Source of the DNA: Myxococcota bacterium
GTDB lineage: Bacteria > Myxococcota_A > UBA9160 > UBA6930
Assembly: GCA_965223415.1 (NCBI GenBank)
Contig: OZ245002.1
Coordinates: forward strand, 1,376,001 to 1,440,000
Reading direction: 5' to 3'
Length of the DNA: 64,000 bases
Positions 36,389-45,712 of this stretch are shown piece by piece. Position 1 is the stretch's first letter. Every line of letters starts with the position of its first letter. A model generated the notes under the pieces. The model was not told the DNA's origin. It made no database searches and saw only the letters and a program-made list of their open reading frames with translations. The position numbers and the translations under genes were made by a program.

Positions 36389-38670
36389 GAGAGCCTCCGT
36401 TCCGCTTCGTCGATCAGGCGCCCGGTGGCGTGGCGTCGCTCCGGCATCCGGATGCTGATCGCCGCGAGTCGTGCGAGGGCCCAGGCCGCCCAGATCCGGA
36501 CGTCCCCGGGGCGCTCGTTGCCGCGTGCCAGCGCCTCCTCGAAGGGCGCCAGGGCATCGGCCGGCTGTCCGCAGCGCAGCGCCAGCTCGGTGGCGTGAGC
36601 GGCCAGGTTTGCCGGATCGAGCGCCGGGTCCGCGCGGGCGACGAGGTCCAGATCGACGAAGGTGAGTCGCTCTCCGCCGTCGAGGATCTGGTCCGGGTGC
36701 AGATCGCGATGGGCCGTGACCAGGGGCGCGCCCTCGAGCCGTGCGGCGGCGCGACGGGCGCCCTCGAGGACCCGCCGGGCGGGCGCGGCCCACTTGCCTG
36801 CCGCGCTCCCGAGCTCGGCCAGCTGTCGTTCGAGGATGCCCAGCTCGTCGGCGACGGTGTGCTCCCGGAGATCGGGGCACTCGAGGGATTGGAGCTCGCG
36901 AATCGCCCGGGCGACCCGCTCTCCGAGCAGACGCTGGCCCGTGGCCGTGCCGAGCCGGAGCGATCGTCCCAGCTCCCGGGTGACGGGGCGCCCGGGTTCG
37001 ACGCGTTGGAAGGTGGCCCGGAGGTCGGCCGCGATGCCCACGGGTTGCGGAAGCCGAAGGTGGGAGGACTCCAGCCGGGAGAGCGCGCCGGCGAGCCGCT
37101 CGGCGCGGCGATGGCCCTTGTGGTCGACCCCCTTGGCGCGAACCTTGGCGAGCACCGCGAGCCGCAGCCCGGCCACCATGCGCAGGCCGTACTCGATCAC
37201 CACCCGCCGGCCCCGCTTGTGCCGGCGAACGCGGATCGAGTCGACGCGCTCGAAGCCCGAGGCCGGGAACATCGCGCGGAACCGCTTTGCCATCGCGTCC
37301 GGGTCCAGCAGTCGATCGACGCCGACGAACGCGGTGTCCCCGGCGAGGCCCCAGGGGTCCACCAGGGCGACCGGAGCGCGACGCGGCGCGTCCGGCGAAA
37401 GAGCTCCGGTGGCCGCGGCAACGACCGCCTCGACCTCGTCCCACCAGGTCGCCCGGCGCGCCCGGAACGGATGCGGGGCCAGGCAGAGCAGCCCTGCGGC
37501 GCGCTGCAGCCGGAGGCGCGCCGCGGACGGGGGCTCGCGGTGCTGCGCATAGCCTTCGACGAGGGCGCGTTCGGCGGAGGCGGCATCCGGCGTGACCCGC
37601 TCGCCGGCCAGTCGGGCCACCTCGAGGTGGGCGAGGAGCAGGCCGAGATCCTCGGCGGCGTCCCCGCGGTGACTGGCGTCGAAATCCAGGACGCCCACCC
37701 GCTCGTCCTGGAGGAGCACCTGCTTGTCGTAGAAGTCGCCATGGACGAAGGCGTCGCAGGCCGCGCCGTCGAGATCCGCCGCCACTCGCTCCGCGAGGCG
37801 TCGCACGCGGCGCCCCGCCGAGGGAAGCAGCCAGCCTACATGCTCCGCGGCGGCGAACACGGCGCGCGCACCGGCGCGCGGCCCGGGCGCCGGCAGGCCC
37901 GCAGTCGGGCGGCCGTGGAGCTCGGCCAGGGCGGCTCCGACGCGCTCGAGCGCGGGGAGCGCAGCCGCGGACGAGAGGGCCTCCCGCAGCGGGAGCCCGT
38001 CCAGCCAGGCGAGGACGAGCAGCCGCCATCGCGGGAGGTGGGCCAGCAGTCGCGGGACGTTCAGCCGCTCGCCGTCGCGGGCCGTCTCGCCAGCGATGCG
38101 GATGCGGGCCGCGGCGGCCATGTCGTCACCCCGGGCAAAGAGCTTCAGCGCGGCAACGGGCTTTCCGTGGGCCCGCGCGGCCGCCACGTAGCGACGTTCC
38201 GGCTTGTAGGCGAGCGCTTCGAGGGACGAGGGCCGGTGGGCCTCCCCGAGGACGGGCGCCAGGCGTTCCGCCGCCGCTTCGGGGTCCATCAGCCGCCTCA
38301 GGACGCGAAGCTTGCGGTCGAAGGGGAACAAGCTGAGCGAGAGCCCGAGCTCGGGCAGCAAGGCCAACGAGGCCGTGGCCCCGGTCCGGCGCGCCGCCTC
38401 TTCGGTCTTGCGGAGCTTCACCTCGGCGTCTCGACCGTGAACGACCGCGTGGCCGCGCACCGACCCGAGGGCGTCGGTCTCGAGCACGAGGCCCGCCAGA
38501 CAGCGCGTGCCCGGCTTGTAGCGGAGGTAGTCGGCCCGCACGGCTCGCAGGCCCAGGTCCGTCCGGGCGGCCGCCAGCTGCGCGGCCAGGGCTTCGGCGT
38601 CGAGCAGCACGCCGAGCCCCGCCAGCTCGGGATCGCGCCGCACGAGGGCCTCGTCACCCCACGAGAGCAT
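36385..38670 (-). CDS. Tandem two-domain APH-fold phosphotransferase
   Basis: GGAGGGG RBS before ATG 38670; YLRYKPG; HGDFYDKQ..LDFD and HRDLHPDQ..VDLD. Confidence 0.82.
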   Translation of the reverse strand: MLSWGDEALVRRDPELAGLGVLLDAEALAAQLAAARTDLGLRAVRADYLRYKPGTRCLAGLVLETDALGSVRGHAVVHGRDAEVKLRKTEEAARRTGATASLALLPELGLSLSLFPFDRKLRVLRRLMDPEAAAERLAPVLGEAHRPSSLEALAYKPERRYVAAARAHGKPVAALKLFARGDDMAAAARIRIAGETARDGERLNVPRLLAHLPRWRLLVLAWLDGLPLREALSSAAALPALERVGAALAELHGRPTAGLPAPGPRAGARAVFAAAEHVGWLLPSAGRRVRRLAERVAADLDGAACDAFVHGDFYDKQVLLQDERVGVLDFDASHRGDAAEDLGLLLAHLEVARLAGERVTPDAASAERALVEGYAQHREPPSAARLRLQRAAGLLCLAPHPFRARRATWWDEVEAVVAAATGALSPDAPRRAPVALVDPWGLAGDTAFVGVDRLLDPDAMAKRFRAMFPASGFERVDSIRVRRHKRGRRVVIEYGLRMVAGLRLAVLAKVRAKGVDHKGHRRAERLAGALSRLESSHLRLPQPVGIAADLRATFQRVEPGRPVTRELGRSLRLGTATGQRLLGERVARAIRELQSLECPDLREHTVADELGILERQLAELGSAAGKWAAPARRVLEGARRAAARLEGAPLVTAHRDLHPDQILDGGERLTFVDLDLVARADPALDPANLAAHATELALRCGQPADALAPFEEALARGNERPGDVRIWAAWALARLAAISIRMPERRHATGRLIDEAERRLS

Positions 38671-40435
38671 GAGACCCCTCCGCAGGGAAGGCATGGGACA
38701 GGACCGCCTCGGGCGCACCGTCGGCGGCGATCCGACCGCCCTCCATCACCACGACCCGATCGCAACGCGCCGCGGCCTCGAGATCGTGGGTCACCAGGAA
38801 GGTCGTCCGGCCTTCGGCGAGGCGGGCCAGGGCGTCTCCCACCTCGCGCCGGTTCGTCTCGTCGAGGCCGGTCGTGGGCTCGTCGAGGACGAGGATCGGC
38901 GCCATGCGGACGGCGACCCGGGCGATCGCGATGCGCTGCAGCTCGCCCCGCGAGAGCGTGCCTCCGCGCTCACCGAGCTGTGTGTCGTAGCCGTCCGGCA
39001 GCCTCTCCGTGAAGGCGTGGGCCCGCGCGAGGCGGGCGGCCGCGCGAATCTCCGGCTCCGACGCCTGCTCCGCACCCCAGGCGATGTTGTCACGGACCGT
39101 CGCCGTGAAGAGCAACGGCTCCTGGTGCAGGATGCCGATCTGCTCGCGCAGGGATCCGAGGGTGAACTCGCGCACGTCCGTGCCATCGATTCGCACGACG
39201 CCCTCGTCGGGATCGTGCAGACGGAGCAGCATGCCGAGGAGCGTCGACTTGCCGGCTCCAGACGCACCGACGATCGCGACCGACTGGCCCCGGGGAACGA
39301 CGAGACTCACGTCCGCCAGCCCGTGGGACGCACCGGGGTGGCGAAAGCCCACCCCGCAGAGCTCGACGTCGCCGCGCAGCGCCGGTGCCGGACGGGAGCC
39401 CGGCAGGTCGCGCACCGCCGGCTCGATGGCCAGGATCTCGAGCACGCGTTCGCCGGCGGCGCTCGCCTTGGCGATACGCGCGGTGTACTTGGCGAAGTCG
39501 CGCAGGGGCCGCAGCGCACGGCGCAGGTAGCTCGTGAACACGATCAGGTCGCCGGGCGTGAGATCGCCCCGGAGCGCGCCGCGGCCGCCACAGAGCAGGA
39601 CGGTTGCCGTGCACAGGGCCACGACCACGTCGACGCTCCGCTCGAGGCTGGCCGCGAGCCGCTTCCCTTGGACACCGCTGGCGACGTCCCGGCGGCTGGC
39701 CGCGCCGAAGGCGTCCCCGAAGCGCTCCTGCAGCGACAGGGCCTGAACGATGTGGATCGCGCCCATCGATTCGGCGGCCGTCGCCGCCAGCTGTCCCTCG
39801 CGACGGCGCTGGCGGCGGCCCACCTCGCCGATCGACCGGGCCCGCCGACGCGCGAAGAGGAGGAAGACGGGCACGGGAGCAAAGGCGACGAGGGCGAGAC
39901 CCGGATCCAGCCAGACCATGACCGCGGCCATCGCCACGAGCACCAGCGCGTTCACCGCCAGGGGGAGCAACGCCGTGACCGTGACCTCGCGGAGGATCCC
40001 GCAGTCGCCGATCACGCGGAGCAGGAGGTCGCCGCTCCGGGCCCGTCGGTGGAAGGCGATCGGAAGGCGATGCAAATGGTCGAAGACGCGGGAGCGGAGG
40101 GCGGCGACGGCGGTGTTGCCGACGCGGGCGAAGGCGACGGTGCTGGCGTAGCCGGCCATCGCCCGCATGCCGACGGCGAGGATCAGGGCGCCCGCCGAGA
40201 GCGCGAGCACTTCGGTGCCGGTGAAGGGACGCAGCCAGGGACCGTCCGCACCGGCCAGACGGTCGAGCACCCACTTGAGGGGCCAGGGCTCGAGCAGCCG
40301 GAAGCCCAGCTGCAGGACGAGTGCGATGGAGCCGCCGAGCAGGAGCCGCCCGTGCCGGAGCAGCTCGGGGCGGACTTCCGCCAGCAGGCGCCGCAGCGCG
40401 GGGGCGGCTTCCCGGAACGAACGCGGGCGGCCCAT
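38654..40435 (-). CDS. ABC exporter, fused permease plus ATPase (MsbA-like architecture)
   Basis: LLEPWPLK, TM domain, GASGAGKST, LSRGELQR, LVLDEPT and VTH. Confidence 0.92.
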   Translation of the reverse strand: MGRPRSFREAAPALRRLLAEVRPELLRHGRLLLGGSIALVLQLGFRLLEPWPLKWVLDRLAGADGPWLRPFTGTEVLALSAGALILAVGMRAMAGYASTVAFARVGNTAVAALRSRVFDHLHRLPIAFHRRARSGDLLLRVIGDCGILREVTVTALLPLAVNALVLVAMAAVMVWLDPGLALVAFAPVPVFLLFARRRARSIGEVGRRQRRREGQLAATAAESMGAIHIVQALSLQERFGDAFGAASRRDVASGVQGKRLAASLERSVDVVVALCTATVLLCGGRGALRGDLTPGDLIVFTSYLRRALRPLRDFAKYTARIAKASAAGERVLEILAIEPAVRDLPGSRPAPALRGDVELCGVGFRHPGASHGLADVSLVVPRGQSVAIVGASGAGKSTLLGMLLRLHDPDEGVVRIDGTDVREFTLGSLREQIGILHQEPLLFTATVRDNIAWGAEQASEPEIRAAARLARAHAFTERLPDGYDTQLGERGGTLSRGELQRIAIARVAVRMAPILVLDEPTTGLDETNRREVGDALARLAEGRTTFLVTHDLEAAARCDRVVVMEGGRIAADGAPEAVLSHAFPAEGSHALVG

Positions 40436-41607
40436 CAACCCACGACGACCGCAAGGGGCGGGCGTTGGCCGTCGCGCGCCAGCTCGAGCAGCGCGTCGGC
40501 GACCTGCGCCCAGCTGTGGCGTTCGACCACCCGGCTCCTTCCCGCCCGTCCGATTCGCCGGCGCAGACCCGGCCGGCCGCCCAGCTCGAGGAGCGCCTTC
40601 ACCCACTCGGCCCGCTGCCCGGGCGCGCACAGGAAGCCCGTCCGCCCGTGCTCGACCACCGACGCCAGCTGTCCGGCCCGCGTCGCCACGACCGGCAGAC
40701 CCGCGGCCATGTACTCGAAGACCTTGAGGGGCGAGAAGTAGCAGTCCGCTCCATCGGCATAGGGAGCGACGCCGACGTCCATGCGGCGCAGCACACCGGG
40801 GATCCTCTCGGGCCGGACCGCTCCCAGGAACCGGGTGCGCCGCTCCAGCCCGGCCCGGACGATCGCGTCTTGCAGCGCCTCGCGTCCCGGGCCGTCGCCG
40901 GCGATCAGGAGGCGCAGCCCGGGCAGGCTCGTCGCCACCTCGGCGGCCGCCGCGACGACGATGTCGACGGCGTGCCAGGGCTTGAGGGTCCCCACGAAGC
41001 CGACGGTGCACGTGCCGTCGTCGGCGGGGTGTTCGGCGGGGCGGATCCGGTCGACGTCGGCTCCGTTGGGCACCACGACGATCTTGCCGGTCGCCTCTCG
41101 AAAGCCCTCCAGGTACCCCGCGACGGCGTCCGAGACGGCTACGACGTGACGAGCGGCCGCGAGGGAGCGCTGCATCGCGGTGTGGGCGGAGGGCACGTCC
41201 AGCAGGCGACGGTGACGGATCTGCTCTTCGATGAGCGGCGCGTTCACCTCGAGGATGCCGGGGATGCCGCAGCGCCGTGCGATCTCCATCCCGGCGAAGC
41301 TGAAGAGGGAGAGCCGTTCGTAGACGGCGTCGAAGCGCCCGGCGCGCAGCAGGCGGCGCCCGAGGGCGCCGTTCGCGTCGATGGCCTGCACCTCCCGCTC
41401 GGCGCCGTGGGCCCGCGGGAGGCATTGCGCGTGGACCGCGACGTCGCGCAGCTCGGGCCCCGGATCGCCGCCGAGGGACGTCGCGAACAGATCGACCGCC
41501 ACTCCCTTGGCAGCGAACGCGCGCAGCACCTGCTGGACGTGGACGGAGCAGCCCTTGGCTCCGAACACGGGGACCCCCCGATCCGCACACACGTACGCGA
41601 TCCTCAT
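40435..41607 (-). CDS. GT4 family glycosyltransferase
   Basis: MRIAYVCADRGVPVFGAKGCSVHV, LEVNAPL, FVGTLKPWH and YFSPLKVFEYMAAG. Confidence 0.92.
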   Translation of the reverse strand: MRIAYVCADRGVPVFGAKGCSVHVQQVLRAFAAKGVAVDLFATSLGGDPGPELRDVAVHAQCLPRAHGAEREVQAIDANGALGRRLLRAGRFDAVYERLSLFSFAGMEIARRCGIPGILEVNAPLIEEQIRHRRLLDVPSAHTAMQRSLAAARHVVAVSDAVAGYLEGFREATGKIVVVPNGADVDRIRPAEHPADDGTCTVGFVGTLKPWHAVDIVVAAAAEVATSLPGLRLLIAGDGPGREALQDAIVRAGLERRTRFLGAVRPERIPGVLRRMDVGVAPYADGADCYFSPLKVFEYMAAGLPVVATRAGQLASVVEHGRTGFLCAPGQRAEWVKALLELGGRPGLRRRIGRAGRSRVVERHSWAQVADALLELARDGQRPPLAVVVG

Positions 41608-42821
41608 GAGCCCGTCCTCCTCTCTCGGCTGCGCGCGAAGACCGCGCGCAGCGCCCGGCTCGTGCGCCGGACGTCGAATCGCTCCTCGATGCGCCGCCGG
41701 GCGGCACGCGCGACCTGTCGCCCCAGGGCCGGGTCCGCGAGGATCCGCTGGAGCGCGCCGGCGAGGGCGGCGGGATCCGCCTCGGGCACCAGCAGGCCGC
41801 TTCGTCCGTGTTCGATCAGCTCCGGGATGCCCGTCACCGGAGTGGCTACGCAGGGCGTCCCGAGCGCCATCGCCTCGAGGAGGACCGTCGGCAGGCCGTC
41901 GCGGTCCCCGTCGTCGGCGACCCGGCACGGCGCGGCCAGGACGCCGGCGTCCGCCACGAGCCGCAGGGTCTCGGTCTGCGGAAGCGCGCCGTGGAGATGC
42001 ACCGTGGCCTCCAGACCGAGCTTCGCGACGAGGGCCCGTAGCGGCCGCTCCTCGGGCCCGCCCCCGACGAGGTCGCAGGCGACGTTCGAACCCCGGGAAC
42101 GGAGCTTCGCCATGGCCTCGATCAGATGAGCGAAGCCCTTCTTCGGCACGAGGCGTCCGACGGCCACGACCCTCGGCGGCCGCGGACCGGCGATGAAGGT
42201 GAGACTCTCGAGATCGAGGCCGTTGTCGATGCGGACCACGCCCGCGGCCGCGGCGCCGTGGTTGCGGGCGAGGAAGGCCGCGTTGTAGTCGCTCACGGTC
42301 ACCACCGCCGCGGCCTGGGCGAGCTTGCGTTCGAGATCGTCGGGGTCCACGTCGTCGTGGAACAGGTCCTTCGCGTGGGCGGTGAAGGTGAACGGTATGC
42401 CGGTCCACGCCGACGCCAGGCGCGCGACCTCCGTGGCGGCGCTCGCGAAGTGGGCGTGCAGGTGGCGAACGCCCCGATCCCGAGCCGCCACCGCCAGGCG
42501 CAACGCCTGATACACCCGGCGCGGGTCGCAGCCCACCGCGGCGCGCAGCCGGTCCGCACGGAACCACGGGCGACCGAGGGCCTCTTCGATCGCCTGCCAG
42601 TAGGCCGAGGGCTTCACGCCGTGGGCCGTCAGGTAGCGGACCGGAGCGCGCACGCGCCCGATCCCGTCCTGGAACGGACCGTCCTCCGGAGGACCGAGCG
42701 AGAAGATCTCGAGGGGGAGCCCCGCCTGCTCGTGGGCGATCAGCTCGCGCAGGATGAACGTCTCGGAGAGCCGCGGGTAGCGCTTCAGGACGTAGCCGAC
42801 CGGCCCGTCACGCGAAGGCAT
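41604..42821 (-). CDS. GT4 family glycosyltransferase (paralog of 31922-33154)
   Basis: YPRLSETFI, HLHAHFA, FTAHAKDLF, VGRLVPKKGF and DGDRDGLPTVLLEAMALG. Confidence 0.92.
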   Translation of the reverse strand: MPSRDGPVGYVLKRYPRLSETFILRELIAHEQAGLPLEIFSLGPPEDGPFQDGIGRVRAPVRYLTAHGVKPSAYWQAIEEALGRPWFRADRLRAAVGCDPRRVYQALRLAVAARDRGVRHLHAHFASAATEVARLASAWTGIPFTFTAHAKDLFHDDVDPDDLERKLAQAAAVVTVSDYNAAFLARNHGAAAAGVVRIDNGLDLESLTFIAGPRPPRVVAVGRLVPKKGFAHLIEAMAKLRSRGSNVACDLVGGGPEERPLRALVAKLGLEATVHLHGALPQTETLRLVADAGVLAAPCRVADDGDRDGLPTVLLEAMALGTPCVATPVTGIPELIEHGRSGLLVPEADPAALAGALQRILADPALGRQVARAARRRIEERFDVRRTSRALRAVFARSRERRTGS

Positions 42822-44010
42822 GCTGTGATCTCCGCCCGACGGCGGCCTGGGCCTTCGGCAGCGTGGTACGGCACAGCGCGACGACGCGATCGAGCCCTCC
42901 GAAGTCGACACCCTCCAGCGCCGCCGGATCCGGAACGCACTCCGTCTCGAGCCAGCTGCGGATCGCGCCCGGAACGAGGTTCTCCGGAGCCAGGACGTCG
43001 ACCAGGCCCAGCCGCGAGAGCCTGCTCGCGCGCACCCACTGCTCGCGCCGGGGCACCGTTCGCGGCACCAGGAGCGGGCGGTGACCGGCCGAGAGCAGCT
43101 CGCAGACCGTGTTGTAGCCGCCCATGGCGACGACCTGCTCCGCGCGATCCAGGAGCGGCGCGAGCTCGGGGACGAACTCGATCACCCGCAGCCGCCGACC
43201 GTCAGCGAGACCGAGAAGCCGCGTGCGCGCCTCGCGCGGCATGAAGGGCCCGGTGACGACGAGGCCCTTGCGCGACTCGGGAACGGCGCGCAGAAAAGCG
43301 GTCGCCAGGCCCTCCCCGTCCTGTCCGCCGCCGACGAGGCAGAGCGCGCAGGGCTGCGAGCCCAGCCAGCGAAGAACCGGCTCGAGAGCGGACGGAACCG
43401 CCTCGACCCTCGGCCGCGCGATGTAGCCGGTGAAGTGGATCTTGTCGCCCAGCTCCGCCCCGAGCCCGTAGGCCGCCACGGGATCGAAGCAGGCGCGATC
43501 TCCGTAGATCCACACCTCGTCGTAGAGCTCGCGCATGGCCTCGACGGTGCGGAGGCGCCCCCACTCGCGGCGCACGACGTCCGGCGCGTCCTGCACCTCG
43601 CGGAGACCCAGCACGGTTCGGGTTCGGGGCTGCTCGCGCAGGATCTCGAGGATCGGCTGGAGCTCGCCCAGCGCGCCGCGGGCAACCTGATCGACGATCA
43701 GGAGGTGGGGCCGGAAGGCGTCGAGGGCGGCCTGCAGGGTGGCGGAGCGGAGCTGGATCAGCCGCTCGATCGGGACCGGAAGCGAGCGCGACGCGTAGCG
43801 CCCGTCGGCCTGCTTGTGGATCGCCGGAAGGATGACGCTGTCGGCACCAGCGGGCGCGGCGAGCTGTCCCGTCTCCCGCGCGCCGCCCAGGAGCAGGACC
43901 TCCGGTCGCAACGTCGACGCCAGCAGGGCCTCGGCGATGGCGAGGTTGCGGCGAGTGTGACCCAGCCCCATCGTATCGTGGGCGTAGAGCGCGATGCGCG
44001 GCGACTCCAT
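42808..44010 (-). CDS. Predicted glycosyltransferase (COG4671-like, GT-B)
   Basis: IALYAHDTMGLGHTRRNL, LIVD, GGGQDG, VTGPFM, MGGYNTVCELL and PRREQWVRA. Confidence 0.88.
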   Translation of the reverse strand: MESPRIALYAHDTMGLGHTRRNLAIAEALLASTLRPEVLLLGGARETGQLAAPAGADSVILPAIHKQADGRYASRSLPVPIERLIQLRSATLQAALDAFRPHLLIVDQVARGALGELQPILEILREQPRTRTVLGLREVQDAPDVVRREWGRLRTVEAMRELYDEVWIYGDRACFDPVAAYGLGAELGDKIHFTGYIARPRVEAVPSALEPVLRWLGSQPCALCLVGGGQDGEGLATAFLRAVPESRKGLVVTGPFMPREARTRLLGLADGRRLRVIEFVPELAPLLDRAEQVVAMGGYNTVCELLSAGHRPLLVPRTVPRREQWVRASRLSRLGLVDVLAPENLVPGAIRSWLETECVPDPAALEGVDFGGLDRVVALCRTTLPKAQAAVGRRSQHAFA

Positions 44011-44022
44011 GCCGCGCCGCAG

Positions 44023-44038
44023 TGCAGTCCTCGTGCCA
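44023..44038 (-). promoter_or_regulatory. Sigma54 (-24/-12) promoter of the glycosyltransferase operon
   Basis: Minus strand TGGCAC-GAGGA-CTGCA with GG-N10-GC spacing; predicted +1 near 44012, beside ATG 44010. Confidence 0.7.
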
Positions 44039-44287
44039 TCCGCCCGGATCGTCGGAAATGGGGGATTCGCGGGCCCTTCCGAGGACTTACACCCCTTTGT
44101 GTGACCTCGCGTACGCGTGGGGCGTACGTCCGTCACCGAGCGGCGGGGCATCTGCCGGGCGATGCGCTGGAGATGCCGCACCCCCCGGGTTGGAACGATC
44201 CTTGCTGTTCAGAGGCTCGTTTTTGCGAGTCACCTCGGGGAGGTCCGTGGCTACTATCCAATTGGCGCGGAGCGTCGCGATGACCGG

Positions 44288-44320
44288 GGGATTTCCCGCG
44301 GCTGCGCGGGATTTCGCGCA
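44288..44320. promoter_or_regulatory. Putative tandem enhancer (bEBP-binding) sites
   Basis: GGGATTTCCCGCG (44288) and GGGATTTCGCGCA (44308) are 20 bp apart; dyad TGCGCG-N6-CGCGCA at 44303-44320. Confidence 0.6.
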
Positions 44321-44347
44321 CGCGACTCCGGGGAACGAGGACGATCC

Positions 44348-45712
44348 ATGCCCTCCATCGTGGTGATCGACGACGAGCACGTGCTCGGGCGGCAGATCGC
44401 GCGCGCCCTCGAAGGCGCCGGCCACGAGGTCCAGGTGGCCGAGACCGGCAAGGACGGCGTCACCCTGGTCCATGATTCGGATCCGGACCTCGTACTCGTC
44501 GATCTCCGCCTTCCCGACACCTCGGGCCTGGAGGTGCTCGGAGAGCTCCGGCAGGGCGATCCGTCCCTGCCGGTGGTGCTGATGACGGCCTACGGGTCCG
44601 TCTCGGACGCCGTCGAAGCCATGCGCCGGGGCGCCTCCGACTACCTCCAGAAGCCCCTCGACCTGGGCGAGCTGCGGCTGCTCGTCGAGCGTGTGCTGGA
44701 TCGGCAGCGGGAGGCGCGGGAGCTCGCCTATCTGCGCAGCCGGGACCGCGTCGCGGAAGGCGTCGTCGGCTCCGACGCCAGCCTGATCTCGCTGTTCGAG
44801 CAGGTCGATCGCTTGAGAGAGGCGGGGCTCCCCGCCGGCAGGCGCCCGGCCATCCTGCTCACGGGCGAGACGGGAACCGGCAAGGGGGTGCTGGCTCGCG
44901 CCATCCACGAACGGCTGGGCGGCGGCCCCTTCATCGAGGCCAACTGCACGGCGATGCCCGAGAGCCTGATCGAGGCCGAGCTGTTCGGCCACGAGCGCGG
45001 CAGCTTCACCGACGCCAAGGCGGCGAGGACGGGGCTGTTCGAGGCTTCCGAGGGCGGCACCCTGTTCCTCGACGAAGTCGGCCACGCGACCCTCGGTCTG
45101 CAGGCCAAGCTCCTCAAGGTGATCGAAGAGAAGCGCGTGCGCCGGCTCGGCTCCTCCCGGGAGCGCAGCGTGAACGTCCATGCCATCGCGGCGACCAACC
45201 GTGACCTGGATGCTGCCGTGGCGGAGCAGTCCTTCCGGGGCGATCTGCTGCACCGCTTGCGCGTGCTCGCCTTCACGATTCCCCCGCTGCGGGAGCGGCC
45301 CGACGACATCGCCCCGCTTGCCAAGCACTTCTGCGAAACGATCGGGCACACCTACGCCCGCGAAGTGAGCATTGCCGCCGAGGGGATGGAGCAGCTGCAG
45401 CGCTACCCGTGGCCCGGCAACGTGCGCGAGCTGCGGAACGTGATCGAGCGCGCCCTGCTCCTCGAGTCCGGCCCGCAGATCGGCGGGAGCACCCTGCGAA
45501 CGCTGCTCCCCACCGGCGACGGGCAGGGCGGCGACGGCGTCGACGACACCTTCCGACTGCCGGAGGAGGGCGTGGACCTGGCGACCCTGGAGCGCCACCT
45601 GATCGAGCAGGCCCTGGAGCGCACCGGCGGCAATCGCACCCGCTCCGCGGCGCTCCTGGGCCTGAGCCGCGACACCCTTCGCTACCGGCTGGAGAAGTAC
45701 GAGCTCTCATGA
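44348..45712 (+). CDS. Sigma54-dependent response regulator (REC-AAA+-Fis HTH)
   Basis: VIDDE, LVDLRLPD, GETGTGKG, ELFGHERGSFTDA, LFLDEV, WPGNVRELRN and GNRTRSAALLG. Confidence 0.95.
   Translation: MPSIVVIDDEHVLGRQIARALEGAGHEVQVAETGKDGVTLVHDSDPDLVLVDLRLPDTSGLEVLGELRQGDPSLPVVLMTAYGSVSDAVEAMRRGASDYLQKPLDLGELRLLVERVLDRQREARELAYLRSRDRVAEGVVGSDASLISLFEQVDRLREAGLPAGRRPAILLTGETGTGKGVLARAIHERLGGGPFIEANCTAMPESLIEAELFGHERGSFTDAKAARTGLFEASEGGTLFLDEVGHATLGLQAKLLKVIEEKRVRRLGSSRERSVNVHAIAATNRDLDAAVAEQSFRGDLLHRLRVLAFTIPPLRERPDDIAPLAKHFCETIGHTYAREVSIAAEGMEQLQRYPWPGNVRELRNVIERALLLESGPQIGGSTLRTLLPTGDGQGGDGVDDTFRLPEEGVDLATLERHLIEQALERTGGNRTRSAALLGLSRDTLRYRLEKYELS

Noticed and set aside
29977..38670. Aminoglycoside-resistance interpretation of the APH-fold genes
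   Set aside because: The glycosyltransferase context and the HxDxxxxQ motif point to carbohydrate kinases.
44262..44278. TGGCGC...TCGC as a sigma54 promoter for the response regulator
   Set aside because: GG-to-GC spacing is 11 rather than the required 10.
44348..45712. GSFTDA instead of GAFTGA as evidence of a sigma54-independent regulator
   Set aside because: The key F-T residues are retained, such variants are common, and sigma54 promoters are present nearby.
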